From assembly GCF_006345805.1 (NCBI RefSeq), contig NC_043010.1:11780001-11844000 (forward strand): DNA of 64,000 bases, in the 5' to 3' direction. How positions within the stretch are numbered: the first letter of the stretch is position 1; each line of letters starts with the position of its first letter. Below the pieces are notes generated by a model, which worked only from the letters and a program-made list of their open reading frames with translations, ran no database searches and had not been told where the DNA came from. Of the stretch, positions 50,748 through 63,954 are shown one piece after another. Made by a program: the position numbers and the translations under genes. This stretch comes from Octopus sinensis. Taxonomy: Eukaryota.

Positions 50748-51033
50748 CATTTCTTTACTGCCCAGAAGGGGCTAAACATAGAGGGGACAAACAAGGACAG
50801 ACGAAGGGATAGAATCGATTATATCGCCCCCAGTGCGAAACTGGTACTTTATTTATCGACCCCGAAAGAATGAAAGGCAAAGTTGACCTCGGCGGAATTT
50901 GAACTCAGAACGTAATGACAGACGAAATACCTCTAAGCATTTCACCCGGCGTGCTAACGTGTCTGCCAGCTCACCGCCTGATATATATATGAGTTGATAT
51001 ATATATGTCTGCCAGCTCACCGCCTGATATATA
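50748..51033 (-). mobile_element. SINE family B with duplicated head terminus
   Basis: GTCTGCCAGCTCACCGCCTGATATATAT occurs at ~50960 and ~51007. Confidence 0.85.
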
Positions 51034-52014
51034 TAACAAACACATGTGTGTGTGTATACATGGCAACACACAAACACACATATTATTGTCAGTACATGAC
51101 CACAGGATGAAAACCTGTACATTTGAACACAAATAACCTGCAATATTTATGATCATCCGAGTTATCTTCTCTTATGTTCGCGTCCATTTTGTATTTCCGT
51201 TTCTTGCAAGAATGATCAAAAAGTTCCAGACCGTGTAGTGGCGTCAATATGATCAACTGAAATCTCTTGAAAAGGATGCCCCAACATGGCAACAGTCCAA
51301 TAATTAAAACCCATAATATAAGGTAAAGAATCAAAGAAATTTCTAATACAGAATTAATTAATTCATATGTTCTCTGGTGTAATGAGAAATAATTTTCTTC
51401 AAACACTAATTAACGTGACCACACTACCAATGCTTATAGAGAATTATTGATTACCAATTATGCTAAAAGGTTGTTCTTGTTGTTGATGATTTGCCCTGAT
51501 AGATGCACTCCTATGATCAAACCATGAACTTTTTATTGCTATCTAGGACTACATGAGGTGAAGGTATGTGGCCTTGTAGTTACATTGTTGGACTCGTGAC
51601 TGTAAGTTCGTGATTTCAATTCCCCGACAGAGTGACACACTGTTTTCCTTTATCTTTGTTCCAGTCTTCTTTTATTTGTTTCAGTTATTTGATGGTGGCC
51701 ATGCTGGGGCACGACTTTGAAGGGTTTCTTTAGATGAAAAAAATTTGACTCCAGTACTTAAATTTTTTTTTCAAGCCTTAGTACTTTATTCTATTGGTCT
51801 CTTTTGTTGAACTGCTAAGTTATGGAGAACATAAAACACGCCAACACCAGTTGTCAAGCAATGGTGCAGGGACAAACACATACAAACACACACACATAAA
51901 TATATACATATACATACATACATATATATATATATGGCAACAGCGGTGCATCAGCATGGCCACAGCTCTGAGTCGAAACTAAAAAAAAGAAGAAAAAAAA
52001 ATATATATATACAT

Positions 52015-52064
<50 letters not shown>

Positions 52065-52531
52065 GTATAAATATATGTATATGTATATATATTATCTTCT
52101 CATTTTTTTTAAGATGATAGAAAATTATTTGAGGAAGATTTGCTCACCACTATTTCCAAGAGACCAAATCTTTTGATACCAACTTGTCTGAAAACTGTGC
52201 TTGATTCTATGATACAAGCTTCTTGCTTAAAATGATCTTAAATTAAAACTTTCCATTAAAATTCATGTCAGTTTACATTTCAAATGGAAGTTTAATAATG
52301 GTCAAGTTATTTTATTAAATTCTTCACTATTTTCAAAATAAATTGAAACAAAGACAAAGATTTTTTTTTTTAACAGGAACGTAGCAGCAAGAAGTTTAAG
52401 CTAACATGTAGTAGGGTCCTTCATTAGCTTGTATGTTAAGACATTGTTGTTTAGCCCCATGCCAACCTTGATTAAACAGAGTTATAATCAAAGGCTTTCT
52501 TGTCATTCTCATTTACTTTAATTTTAGCCAA

Positions 52532-52698
52532 TAGGCGCAGGAGTGGCTGTGTGGTAAGCAGCTTGCTTACCAACTGCATGGTTCCGGGTTCAGTCCCACT
52601 GTGTGGCACCTTCGGCAAGTGTCTTCTACTACAGCCTCAGGCCGACCAAAGCCTTCTGAGTGGATTTGGTAAACAGAAACTGAAAGAAGCCCGTCGTA

Positions 52699-52783
<85 letters not shown>

Positions 52784-53006
52784 GTGTGTATATATTTGTG
52801 TGTCTGTGTTTGTCTCCCCAACATCGCTTGACAACTGATGCTGGTGTGTTTATGTCCCCTGTAACTTAGCAGTTTGGCAAAAGAGACTGATAGAATAAGT
52901 ACTAGGCTTACAAAGAATAAGTCTTGGGGTCAATTTGCTTGACTAAAGGCGGTGCTCCATCATGGCCACAGTCAAATGACTGAAACAAGTAAAAGAGTAA
53001 AAGAGT
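52532..53006 (+). mobile_element. SINE family A, full length
   Basis: Complete head, TA/TATG tract and tail. Confidence 0.9.
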
Positions 53007-54626
53007 AATAGATAATGAAATTTTAGATGCACTGTATAACCTTCTTTTTTTAAAAAATACTCAGAGGTGATTTAAACCTTTTGTGATCACATGTAGGGCC
53101 TCTGTCAGTAAAGGCTGATCATGAACCAACACACATATATATACAAACTTGGGCAAGATATTTTGAGGAAGATTGGAAGTTATCCATACATATGAGTCTG
53201 CTTTCACCACACCATAATATTTATCCAAGGGAAAAGACTACTGACTTGAGCCAATACAGCTTGCCATTATTATAGCTATTCAGAATACAAAACGTGGATG
53301 AGATAGTGCAAGGCATCTTGTCCAATTCTCTAGCGGTACAACCCACCTTTCTAGACTCAGTAGCAAAACCAAAGTGTAGAGCAAGGGCAATAGTTCCAAA
53401 AGTTGGCAGTATGGGGGCCCCATCCATGGGAAGATCGGGAGTGGGGTATTGAAGAAAAGTGGGGCAATAAAGGAATGGCTTAAAGGGGGTGATAGGTATA
53501 CAAACAACAAAATAATGGGGTAATTGGATTAAGTTTCAGTTGTGAAATACAGTTGTTTTGAATTTGCTTCAAAAAGTGATTAATGTTTGAGGTGGTGAGG
53601 GGTGGCAGTGGTGGGAGACACAAGGAATGTGACCTGGGTGCAAAGTGGGTGCCAACCCGTAAAAGTCTGGGAACCACGGAGCAAGGGGGATGATCTATAC
53701 TAATTAACATGTTTATGGAGGCAGAACTTTATATAGGTTTGAGGGCCTGAGGGAAAGGTAGCAAACTCAATAACTACCCTGGGTAGCACATACTTTAGCT
53801 ATACCACAGCTAGGCTGGAACGTTTTCACTGACCCCCCCCCCCAAAGATGGAAAGCAAAGTTAACCTCAGTGAGATTTTAATACAGTGCAGAGATATGTA
53901 GTCAATAGTGAGTGGTGATCTATTTAACAATCTAATAATTCCACTATGTGGGGGAAGGTAATGGCTTAGTGGCTAGGGTATTCAACTCATGATTGTAAGG
54001 TCAGGAGTTTGATTACCACTGACACATTGTGTCCTTGAGCAAGACACTCTATTTCACATACTCCAGTCAACTCACCTGGCAAAAATGAGTCGTACCAGCC
54101 TTGTCACATCCTGTGTCACACTGAGTCTCCCTGAGAACTACTTTAAGGGTATGTATATCTGTTGAATACTCAGCTACATGCAGCTTAATTTTATGAGTAG
54201 GCTGTTCCATTGGTCAGATCGACTGGAATCCTTGTCATCGTAAACAACTGAGTGTCAGTCAATTCTGCTAGTTCCTCATTCTTTTGGCCGTATATTTCTT
54301 ATCCAATACATTGTCTATGTATTTCAGTTCATTTTGAAACTAAAAATTTGAAAAGATTTAACAAAATAATTTTTTCCAAATTAATCTTCTTAAAATATAG
54401 CTTAACAAAAATAGTTGACGTAAAATATCTATTATCTTTCACTTGTTTCAGTCATTGAATGTGGTCATGCTGGGGCACCAGTTAACAGGGCTTTAGCCGA
54501 ACCAATCGACCACAGCACTTATTATTTTTAAGTTCTGGTACTAAATCTATTAAACTCTTTTGCTGAACCACTAAGTTACAGGAATGTATATGAACCAACA
54601 ATGGACCAGACACACACACACACACA

Positions 54627-54675
<49 letters not shown>

Positions 54676-54968
54676 ACACATACACACACACATAACAGGC
54701 TTTCACAAAGTTTCTGTCTCCCAAATTCACTCACAGGGCATTGGTCAGCCGAAAGCTGTAGTAGAAGATGCCCAAGGTGTTACGTAGTGGGACTGAACCC
54801 AAAACAACGTGGTTGCAAAATAAAGCTTCTTAACCGCCATAGCCATGCTTGTACATGTTACGAGGGAAGGTTTTAATTCAGATTCAGACAAACGGGCTCT
54901 TTAACCCTTTAGCTTTCAGATTACTCTGTCAAATGTATTTCTTATTTATTCACATTATTTTGAAGTAA

Positions 54969-55436
54969 CCCTTTCGTTACTGTATTTATTTTGAGATGCT
55001 CTGTAGTTCTTTCAATTACTTTAATATAACAGCCTCGCCTGGCCCCCGTGCCGGTGGCATGTAAAAGCACCGTCTGTTCGTGGCTGTTTGCCAGCTCCGT
55101 CTGGCACCTGTGCAGGTGGCACGTAAAAAGCACCCACTACACTCACGGAGTGGTTGGCGTTAGGAAGGGCATCCAGCTGTAGAAACACTGCCAGATCAGA
55201 CTGGGCCTAATGCAGCCTTCTGGCTTCACAGACCCCAGTTGAACCGTCCAACCCATGCTAGCATGGAAAGCGGACGCTAAATGATGATGATGATGATGAT
55301 GAAAGAATTTAGTGAAATAACTTGGAACATAAATTGTGACTAAGGTTTGATGGCAGGTTTTAATTCAAAACTTATGAAAACAAGATAGTTGTACTCAGAG
55401 CCAGAGCCGGTTTCAGCCGGGTTGGTAACGAAAGGG
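54969..55436. mobile_element. piggyBac-type MITE containing a family-C SINE (~55030-55300)
   Basis: GTAA|CCCTTTCGTTAC ... GTAACGAAAGGG|TTAA; body homologous to 41405-41612; a further TTAA|CCCTTTAG end at 54901. Confidence 0.8.
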
Positions 55437-55486
55437 TTAATCACCCATGATCTCATAGATTTGAGATTTTAATGATGGAACTCTAC

Positions 55487-55696
55487 TCTTTTTTACTCTT
55501 TTACTTGTTTCAGTCATTTGACTGTGGCCATGCAGGAGCACCGCCTTTAGTCGAGCAAATCGACCCCGGGACTTATTCATTGAAAGCCTAGTACTTATTC
55601 TATCGGTCTCTATTGCCGAACTGCTAAGTTACGGGGACGTAAACACACCAGCATCGGTTGTCAAGCGATGTTGTGGGGACAAGCACAGACACACAA

Positions 55697-55740
<44 letters not shown>

Positions 55741-55907
55741 TATACAACAGGCTTCTTTCAATTTCCATCTACCAAATCCACTCACAAGGCTTTGGTCGGC
55801 CCAGGGCTATAGCAGAAGACACTTGCCCATGGTGCCACGCAGTGGGACTGAACCCGGAACCATGTGCCTGGTTAGCAAGCTACTTACCACACAGCCACTC
55901 CTGCGCC
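55487..55907 (-). mobile_element. SINE family A, full length
   Basis: Complete minus-strand copy. Confidence 0.9.
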
Positions 55908-56208
55908 TATCAGGCTTATCAGGCTTAACTGTTTATTTTTACTGAGATTGTAGAGTAATTTGTGATAAGCCTGATCTGTCCAGTTTCAACAGAGAACAGA
56001 AAGAATATTTGGGCCTGATAAGGGTTAAAATAGAATTTATATCAAAGAAGAAAGGCTGGTTCAGGTAGTTTTGTATCAAAAGGGTTAAGTAAACTACACC
56101 TTTGAATGAATTTCTGCAATGTTTTTTAAACCTTAAAAAACTTATGCATAGATTATACAGTGTTATGAATAATCTCCATCTTTGAAATTACTTTTTGCCT
56201 CTTTCTAA

Positions 56209-56249
<41 letters not shown>

Positions 56250-57178
56250 TCAGTTTATGCTTTTCTTTATTTTATTTTATTTTATTTTATTATTTTTTCT
56301 TAGCAAGTAGGAACAAGATAATTTGTTTTGCTTCATTTCAATATAGAGACTACCTTATTGGAGACTACAGCTAGAAATATATATATATATATATTTTTTC
56401 TATCCTTGTTTTACAATACCATTCTGCTGCACTCATTTTAACTTTCACTTTCTCTTCCTCTCTGTCTGTCTTTATCGATGTCTGTAAACCCTCTCTCTCT
56501 CTCTTTCTCCACCCCCACTCTGTTTCCCCTCCTCCTCCTCTCTCTCTCTCTCTCTCTTTCTCCCACTCTCTTTCTTTTTCTTGCTTTTTCACTCCTCTCT
56601 TCACTATGTCTTTATCACTCTCTTTTATTTTTTTCCTTATATATTTATTTTTCTGTCTCTATCCAAATTTGCTTTCACAAGAATCATTTCCTTCTTCTCC
56701 TTTCTTTGGTTTACTCATTCTTCTGAGTTTCATATTTGGATTTTTTTTTTTAAATATTATATTCATCAGTTTTCTTCAATGCTATATTTAGCAATATACT
56801 TCACTAAGAAATGTGTTTACGGTAAAATTAATAAACATATTGTATGATAGTTGCTGCATTATTGTATTGTTGTTGTTGTTCTTGCCATCATCATCATCAT
56901 CATTAGTATTATTGTTATTATTGTTATTATTATTATTGCTATTGTTCAGTGATTATGTCATAATGTTAACTATTTATACAACCTATAGATATTTATGTTG
57001 CAAAATATGTTTAATATTATAAATATATATTGATGCTTTAGATACAACATTATTGCATATACCTTGGTCTTTTGTCCCTTCTACCACTATCATATACATG
57101 AATAAAAACGTATGAGTGTGTATGTAGGTGTGTATGAATATATATGTATATGTATATATATATATGTGTGTGAATATA

Positions 57179-57245
<67 letters not shown>

Positions 57246-57254
57246 AGGTGTGTA

Positions 57255-57445
57255 CTGTTGGCGATTTTTTTCCCTCTGTTTTCCCTTCTCTGGATCTTTC
57301 CTTCTTCTATGTTTCCAATGAAGAGCTCCGCTCGAAATGTTAAACCCTCCTTCTTTCCTTCTTTCCTGAGCGTCCAATAATACTATATTTGTTCCACGTC
57401 CTTGCGTTGTTGTGTTTTTTTGTGCTTTCTTGTTTGGATTAACTA
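57255..57445 (+). repeat. TA-flanked dispersed repeat with hammerhead-fold remnant
   Basis: Tail TTCCTGAGCGTCCAATAATACTATATTTGTTCCAC recurs at ~37530 and ~20155; remnant at 57311-57345. Confidence 0.75.
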
Positions 57446-57465
57446 TATATATATATATATGCTAC

Positions 57466-57537
<72 letters not shown>

Positions 57538-58095
57538 GTATATATAGATGCAAATATATATATATATATATATATGTTCTTTTATTCTTTTGCACGTTTC
57601 ATTCATTCGATTGCTCGAGCACCACTGTAAATGGTTTTAGCCAAAGAATTCGACCCCAGTACTTATTCTTTGTAAGCCTAGTACTTATTCTATCAGTCTC
57701 TTTTGCCAAACCACTAAGTTATGGGGACATAAACACACCAACATCGGATGTGAAGTGATGGTGAAGGGACAAACACAGACACAGACACACACACAAATAT
57801 ATATATATATATATATATACATTCATAAATGAGGGTGAAAAATTAGATATTAATTTAATAATACCATCAGTTTAACACCAAGTGGCCTAGCACATCAAAA
57901 ACCAGGGAGACAATACAAATTTATACGTAAATATAAGAGAGTTACCGTTAAGTGGTTAACTCTAGTGCTAGAAATAGCTCTTTATTCTGGAAACAACTTC
58001 GGTGGCTATACCAGAATAAGGAGCTATTTCTAGCTCATAGCTGAGTGCTGCCTGATTAACACTGGGCAAAATGCTTAGAGGCATTTCTCGTTTGA

Positions 58096-58442
58096 GTGTG
58101 GTAAGTAGCTTGCGTGGCACCTTTGGCAAGTGTCTTCTACTATAGCCTCAGGCCGACCAAAGCCTTGTGAGTGGATTTGGTAGACGGAAACTGAAAGAAG
58201 CCCGTCGTATATATGTATATTTATGTGTGTGTGTGTTTGTTCCCCTAGCATTGCTTGACAACCGATGCTGGTGTGTTTATGTCCCCGTTACTTAGCGGTT
58301 CAGCAAAAGAGACCGATAGAATAAGTACTGGCCTTACAAAAGAATAAGTCCCAGGGTCGAGTTGCTCGACTAAAGGCGGGGCTCCAGCATGGCTGCAGTC
58401 AAATGACTGAAACAAGTAAAAGAGTAAAAGAGTAAAGAGAGT
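58096..58442 (+). mobile_element. SINE family A with deletion in head
   Basis: GTAAGTAGCTTG joined to CGTGGCACC. Confidence 0.88.
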
Positions 58443-58711
58443 ATAATCTAAAATAAGGTGATTATAATCAAAATAAGCAACAAAGATATCCAGAGGTAAT
58501 GTAGTACGATTGTTTCATGTGACTCCATTTAATTGAACAATGCAAACATTACATCAATTTAAAATGTAGAGCAATCTTCAGCTGCATAAAAATATAGAAT
58601 TTGGTTAAATTCGAAGGACTCATTTGTATAATTTTCTTTTTGTGGGGGGATAAAATGAAAATTATACAAATGAGTCTTTTGAATTTAACTAAATTCGGTA
58701 TTTTTATGCAG

Positions 58712-58776
<65 letters not shown>

Positions 58777-58784
<8 letters not shown>

Positions 58785-59115
58785 ATATGTTACAATTACT
58801 CAATAGTCAAGATAAAACTCTGAGTTTCAGATGCCGAAGTGGAAATCCACATCACCATCTCTTCGGTTATCTGGCCATCTGAAAAACGCTATGGTCCACG
58901 AGCGCACATGTGAGCATATGACTAGCCATGTTTACGTGTTTACTATGAACTTTTAGAATTATAACACAGTAATTTCCCTTTATATAACGGTATTTTTTCA
59001 TAGCGTTTTTCAGATGGCCAGATAACCGAAGAGATGGTGTTGTGGATTTCCACTTCGGCATCTGAAACTCAGAGTTTTATCTTGACTATTGAGTAATTGT
59101 AACATATTATTTTAT
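58777..59115. repeat. Inverted repeat, ~115-bp arms, ~105-nt spacer
   Basis: AAAATAATATGTTACAATTACTCAATAGTCAAGATAAAACTCTGAG...AACGCTATG and near-exact reverse complement from 58999. Confidence 0.93.
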
Positions 59116-59185
59116 AGATAAATTTCCTCTATTTATATAATATTGAGGTCTCTTTCTTTCTTTTGTTATCTTACCGTTTTTACCA

Positions 59186-59253
<68 letters not shown>

Positions 59254-59789
59254 ATATATATATGACAGGCTTCTGCATACTTCACATTGTCCAAATTTAC
59301 TCACAAGACATTGGTCACTCTGGGGCTATAGTAGACAACATTTGCCCAAGATGCAATGCAGTAAGACTGAACCTAAAACCGGGTGGTTGCAGAGCAAACC
59401 TCTTAACCCTACAGCCATGCCTGTGCCTAATGTGAACAATAAATTCTTTGGTTTTTAAGGTGACAATAACAAGGGAAGAACAACATAGAATCTGTTCATT
59501 ATAGAAAGTGTTTGAAGTAAGAATGTTATTGTGGATAGAGGGAGTTGGATCACTGCGGTTCAATTTGTTATTTGATCTAGTTCTATTTTCATAAGAAAAT
59601 GAAAGAAAAACCTGGAAGTAATTTCCTTCTAGACAAAGATATGACAACAGAAGCATGAAGACAGCAGCATACTCTCATATATCCTGGAATACCCCACACA
59701 TTCTCTTGTAGTATATGGGAGGCTTCAAATAACTGCTGAAATCAATTTTGTCAGATTGTATCATAATACTTGGGATCCCTGTTTGACAG

Positions 59790-59938
59790 CTCTACGTATG
59801 CATGTATGTATGTACATACATATGTATGTATATATGTATTAATATATGTATGTATATATATGGATATGGTGTATGCATATGCATATATATGTATGTTTGT
59901 ATACACACACACACACATGTATATGTATTTGCATTTGA

Positions 59939-59971
<33 letters not shown>

Positions 59972-60470
59972 TGTATGTATGTATGTATGTATGTATGTAT
60001 TAATATATGTATGTATATGCATATGGTGTATGCATATGCATATATATATGTATGTTTGTATACATACACACACATGTATATGTATTTGCATTTTGAATAT
60101 ATGTATGTATGTATCTACATACATATACATGTATGTATGTATGCATGCATGTATGTATATATGTATGTGTGTATTAATATATGTATGTATATGCATATAG
60201 TGTATGCATATGCATATATATGTATGTTTGTATACACACACACATGTATATGTATTTGCATTTGAATATATGTATGTATGTATCTACATACATATACATG
60301 TATGTATGTATGTATGTATTGTATGTATGTATGTATGTATGTATTGTATGTATGTATGTATGTATGTATGCATTTATGTATGCATGTCTGTATGTATGCA
60401 TTTATTTATACATGTATGCATTTATGTATACATGTCTGTATGTATGTATGCATGTATGCATGTTTCTATG
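59790..60470. repeat. Compound microsatellite with ~3 higher-order units
   Basis: Block GTGTATGCATATGCATATA..TATGTTTGTATACACACAC..ATGTATATGTATTTGCATTTGAATATATG at ~59870, ~60025, ~60200. Confidence 0.85.
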
Positions 60471-61139
60471 TATGTCTTCAATAAGTCAGTAAAGGTAGTA
60501 AAAACTTCACCTAAACTATGAAAAAACCATACCTTTGCTTTATAGAAAATGTTAAGCTTGATATCATCAAGTACAGTCCATATATGAAGTATTATCATTT
60601 ATGGTACAAATATTTTAATATTTCTCAGCCTTAAGTTTTCATACAAATAAGGTTTCTATGGAAATCCTATACAATTCTCAAAGACTGAAGATATATTCAA
60701 ACTTAATCCTTCATTTCTTGCTCGTCTTTGAATATATTGATCTATTTTTCCACAAAAAAATCCATCCTGTCAATATATGCTATTAATACCTTTTGCTATT
60801 ATTTCTGTTAAAATGAGGAGGATGGTATGGAAGAATTGGTCCAGCATCAATCACAGCATCAATAAAAAATGCCTCACGGTATTTAGCTGTACCATTTTGC
60901 ATTCTGAATATATTTTGCTTTTTTTTATCTTTTGGGGCTTACTCAAAAATAAATCAGTCAAACTCTAGTGTAAATTTTGTGTGTATTACTACCTCCACAC
61001 AAAAAATAACATTTGGCTTTCCATTTCTGTTAGAATCCAGATGGATGAATAGAATTGGCAGAGAACCATGCCTTGTAGTATTTAGCTATGATTTATTATG
61101 CTCTGATTGTAAAACCTGCCAAATTCAGCTGTGCTTTCC

Positions 61140-61422
61140 ATCTTCCCAGCTCCATGAGGCTCCAGCAGGGGATGGTGGTGATCCCTGCTGTACTCTTTCA
61201 CCACAACTTTCTCTCACTCTTACTTCCTGTTTCTGTTGTACCTGTATTTCAAGGGGCCGGCCTTGTCACTCTCTGTGTCACGCTGAATATCCCCGAGAAC
61301 TACGTTAAGGGTGCACGTGTCTGTGGAGTGCTCAGCCACTTACACGTTAATTTCATGAGCAGGCTGTTCCATTGATTTGGATTAACTGGAACCCTCGTCG
61401 TCGTAACCGACGGAGTGCTTCC
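61140..61422 (+). mobile_element. SINE family D, headless
   Basis: Matches the reverse complement of 35467-35750. Confidence 0.88.
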
Positions 61423-61671
61423 ATTATTTCTTAAAAGCATTCTCATAAGATAAAATCACGACATTGATATCGTAGGTCATAGCCTCTCTTTTTGTTGCTA
61501 AATAGCTGCTGATCTCAAATTTCAAAATTCCTATTGCTGCATAAGAGACCTTCTGCAATTTTAAAACATAATACGTTGTTAACCTTCACCAATATCTAGT
61601 TTTAGACATAATCTCAAAGTACAAGAAACGCTACAACTACGTTGCAGTTGATTGATTGATTGACCCCAAAA

Positions 61672-62740
61672 TCATCATCATCATCATCGTTTAGCGTCCA
61701 CTTTCCATGCTAGCATGGGTGGATGGTTCAACTGGGGTCTGGGAAGCCAGGCGGCTGCACCAGGCCCAGTCTGATCTGGCAATGTTTCTATGGCTGGATG
61801 CCCTTCCTAACGCCAACCACTCCGTGAGAGTAGTGGGTGCTTTTATGTGCCACTGGCACAGGTGCCAGACGAGGCTGGCAATGGCCACGATCGGATGGTG
61901 CTTTTTACATGCCACCAGCACGAGGCCAGTCGGGGCGGTGCCGGCAACGGCCACAATCAGATGGTGCTTTTTTTACGTGCCACCAGCACGAGGCCAGTCG
62001 GGGTGGTGCTGGCAACGGCCACGATCAGATGGTGCTTTTTTTACGTGCCACCAGCACGAGGCCAGTCGGGGCGGTGCTGGCAACGGCCACGATTGGATGG
62101 TGCTTTTTACATGCCACCAGCATGAGGCCAGTCGGGGCGGTGCTGGCAACAGCCATGATCGGATGGTGCTTTTGACATGCCACCAGCACGAGGCCAGTCG
62201 GGGCGGTGCCGGCAACGGACACGATCAGATGGTGCTTTTTTTACGTGCCACCAGCACGAGGCCAGTTGGGGCGGTGCTGGCAACGGCCACGATTGGATGG
62301 TGCTTTTTACGTGCCACCAGCACGAGGCCAGTCGGGGCGGTGCTGGCAATGGCCACGATCGGATGGTGCTTTTTACATGCCACCAGCACGAGGCCAGTCG
62401 GGGCGGTGCTGGCAACGGCCACGATTGGATGGTGCTTTATACATGCCACCAGCACGAGGCCAGTCGGGGCGGTGCTGGCAACAGCCACGATCAGATGGTG
62501 CTTTTTTTACGTGCCACCAGCACGAGGCCAGTCGGGGCGGTGCTGGCAACGGCCACGATTGGATGGTGCTTTTTACATGCCACCAGCATGAGGCCAGTCG
62601 GGGCGGTGCTGGCAACGGCCGTGATCGGATGGTGCATTTTACGTGCCACCAGCTGGCAATGGCCAAGTTCGGATGGTTTTCTTACATACCGCTGGCACTG
62701 GTATCACAGCTGCAATTTCCATTGATGTTGATCGATTTTG
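61672..62740 (-). mobile_element. SINE family C with internal tandem amplification
   Basis: (CAT)n tail at 61674-61688, core at ~61790-61820, then array. Confidence 0.9.
61912..62655. repeat. 66-68-bp GC-rich tandem array, ~11 units
   Basis: Unit GCCACCAGCACGAGGCCAGTCGGGGCGGTGCTGGCAACGGCCACGATCGGATGGTGCTTTTTACGT. Confidence 0.95.
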
Positions 62741-63954
62741 ATTTCGATTTTACCAAAGATGGTTAAAAACCATGATTTCGTTGTTGCTGGCTTCAGTCAT
62801 GTTTTGTCATTCAGCTGTTTAATATAAATGTTTACTTGAAGCTAATATAAGATTTGTATCGTAGATGATAATAGCTTTCAGTTCCAGCTGTGCTTAAAAA
62901 TTTAGTTATAATATAAACTAGCATAGAATCTCATACCATGCTGACCTTTGTGCAGCTCTGCAGTCTGATTGTTATAACCTCTCATAAACTAGTTTACATA
63001 GTCAATTGGCAACCTATTAGAAAGATACAAAATGAATAAAGCATGACAGATAGTAGATGACAATAAACAAACAGCTCTACCTCATTTATGTTGACCTGAA
63101 AAAATAGCTTCCCACAAATATCTATTATTTACAGGCTAATGGTTGGTGAGGAAGATACATATGACTAAGGAGTAATGGGAAGGCTTTGGAGACAACATAT
63201 TAGAGAGATAAAAGTAGATATATAATTGGCAATGAATTCAGTAATATGTTTAGAATACATCAAAGTGTATTTTTGTGACTCTCTTTTTCCATTGTAATCA
63301 TGTTTAAAATTTTTCTTCATTGTTTAATCAGGGGAAGAATAGTGCTCATGGACTTCTTCAGGGCCTCTGTGACTTACGGCAGGAAGAGAAATTGCTATCC
63401 TTAAATCAGTGAACTGACCTGGATGCTTGCAACAGAGGGAATTTTGCTAAAGGTTTCTAAGGGCTCTGTTATGCAAGAACTTGAAAATGGTCTCACACTC
63501 AGATTTCCACTCACATTTTCTGCCAATTAAATTTCACTCTCAAAGCTTTGTTTGATCTGAAGTATGGTAAAAAAACACTTTACATGCTAAGAATCAAACT
63601 CTATGTAAATGCAAAGCAAATTCTTTCACAAAAATGTTCTGTGCTAAATTACACCTGCCGAAGTGTTTAACTTGGGCTCCCAATTCCTAATGGAGTCACT
63701 GGACATTTTTAGATTCGACCATCCCTAGGTCTAACCACAACAAATTCCTTCAAGAGAGAACGTATGTGTGTATGCATGTGTGTGTGTGTGTACGTGTGCA
63801 TGTGTGTGAGAGAGAGAGAGAGAAAGAGTGAGTGAGAGAGAAGCAGACAGATAGAGAGACACAGGGGCAGACAGAAAAAAGAGAAATAGAGAAAAATCAA
63901 CCCCTAATCCAGAACTAATATTTTACTTAGTTCTATATTTAAGAGATGAGGAAT

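Noticed and set aside
61912-62655. CRISPR-like appearance
   Set aside because: Units are contiguous near-identical repeats with no unique spacers, no cas genes, eukaryotic context.
61707-62766. Long ORFs (up to 294 aa) in several frames
   Set aside because: By-product of a GC-rich 66-bp (multiple of 3) tandem unit; no domain.
63340-63560. Minus-strand exon pair with GTGAGT/GTAAGT donors
   Set aside because: Frames do not join without stops, and the + strand reads like a decayed transposon peptide (ELTWMLATEGILLKVSKGSVMQELE); ambiguous.
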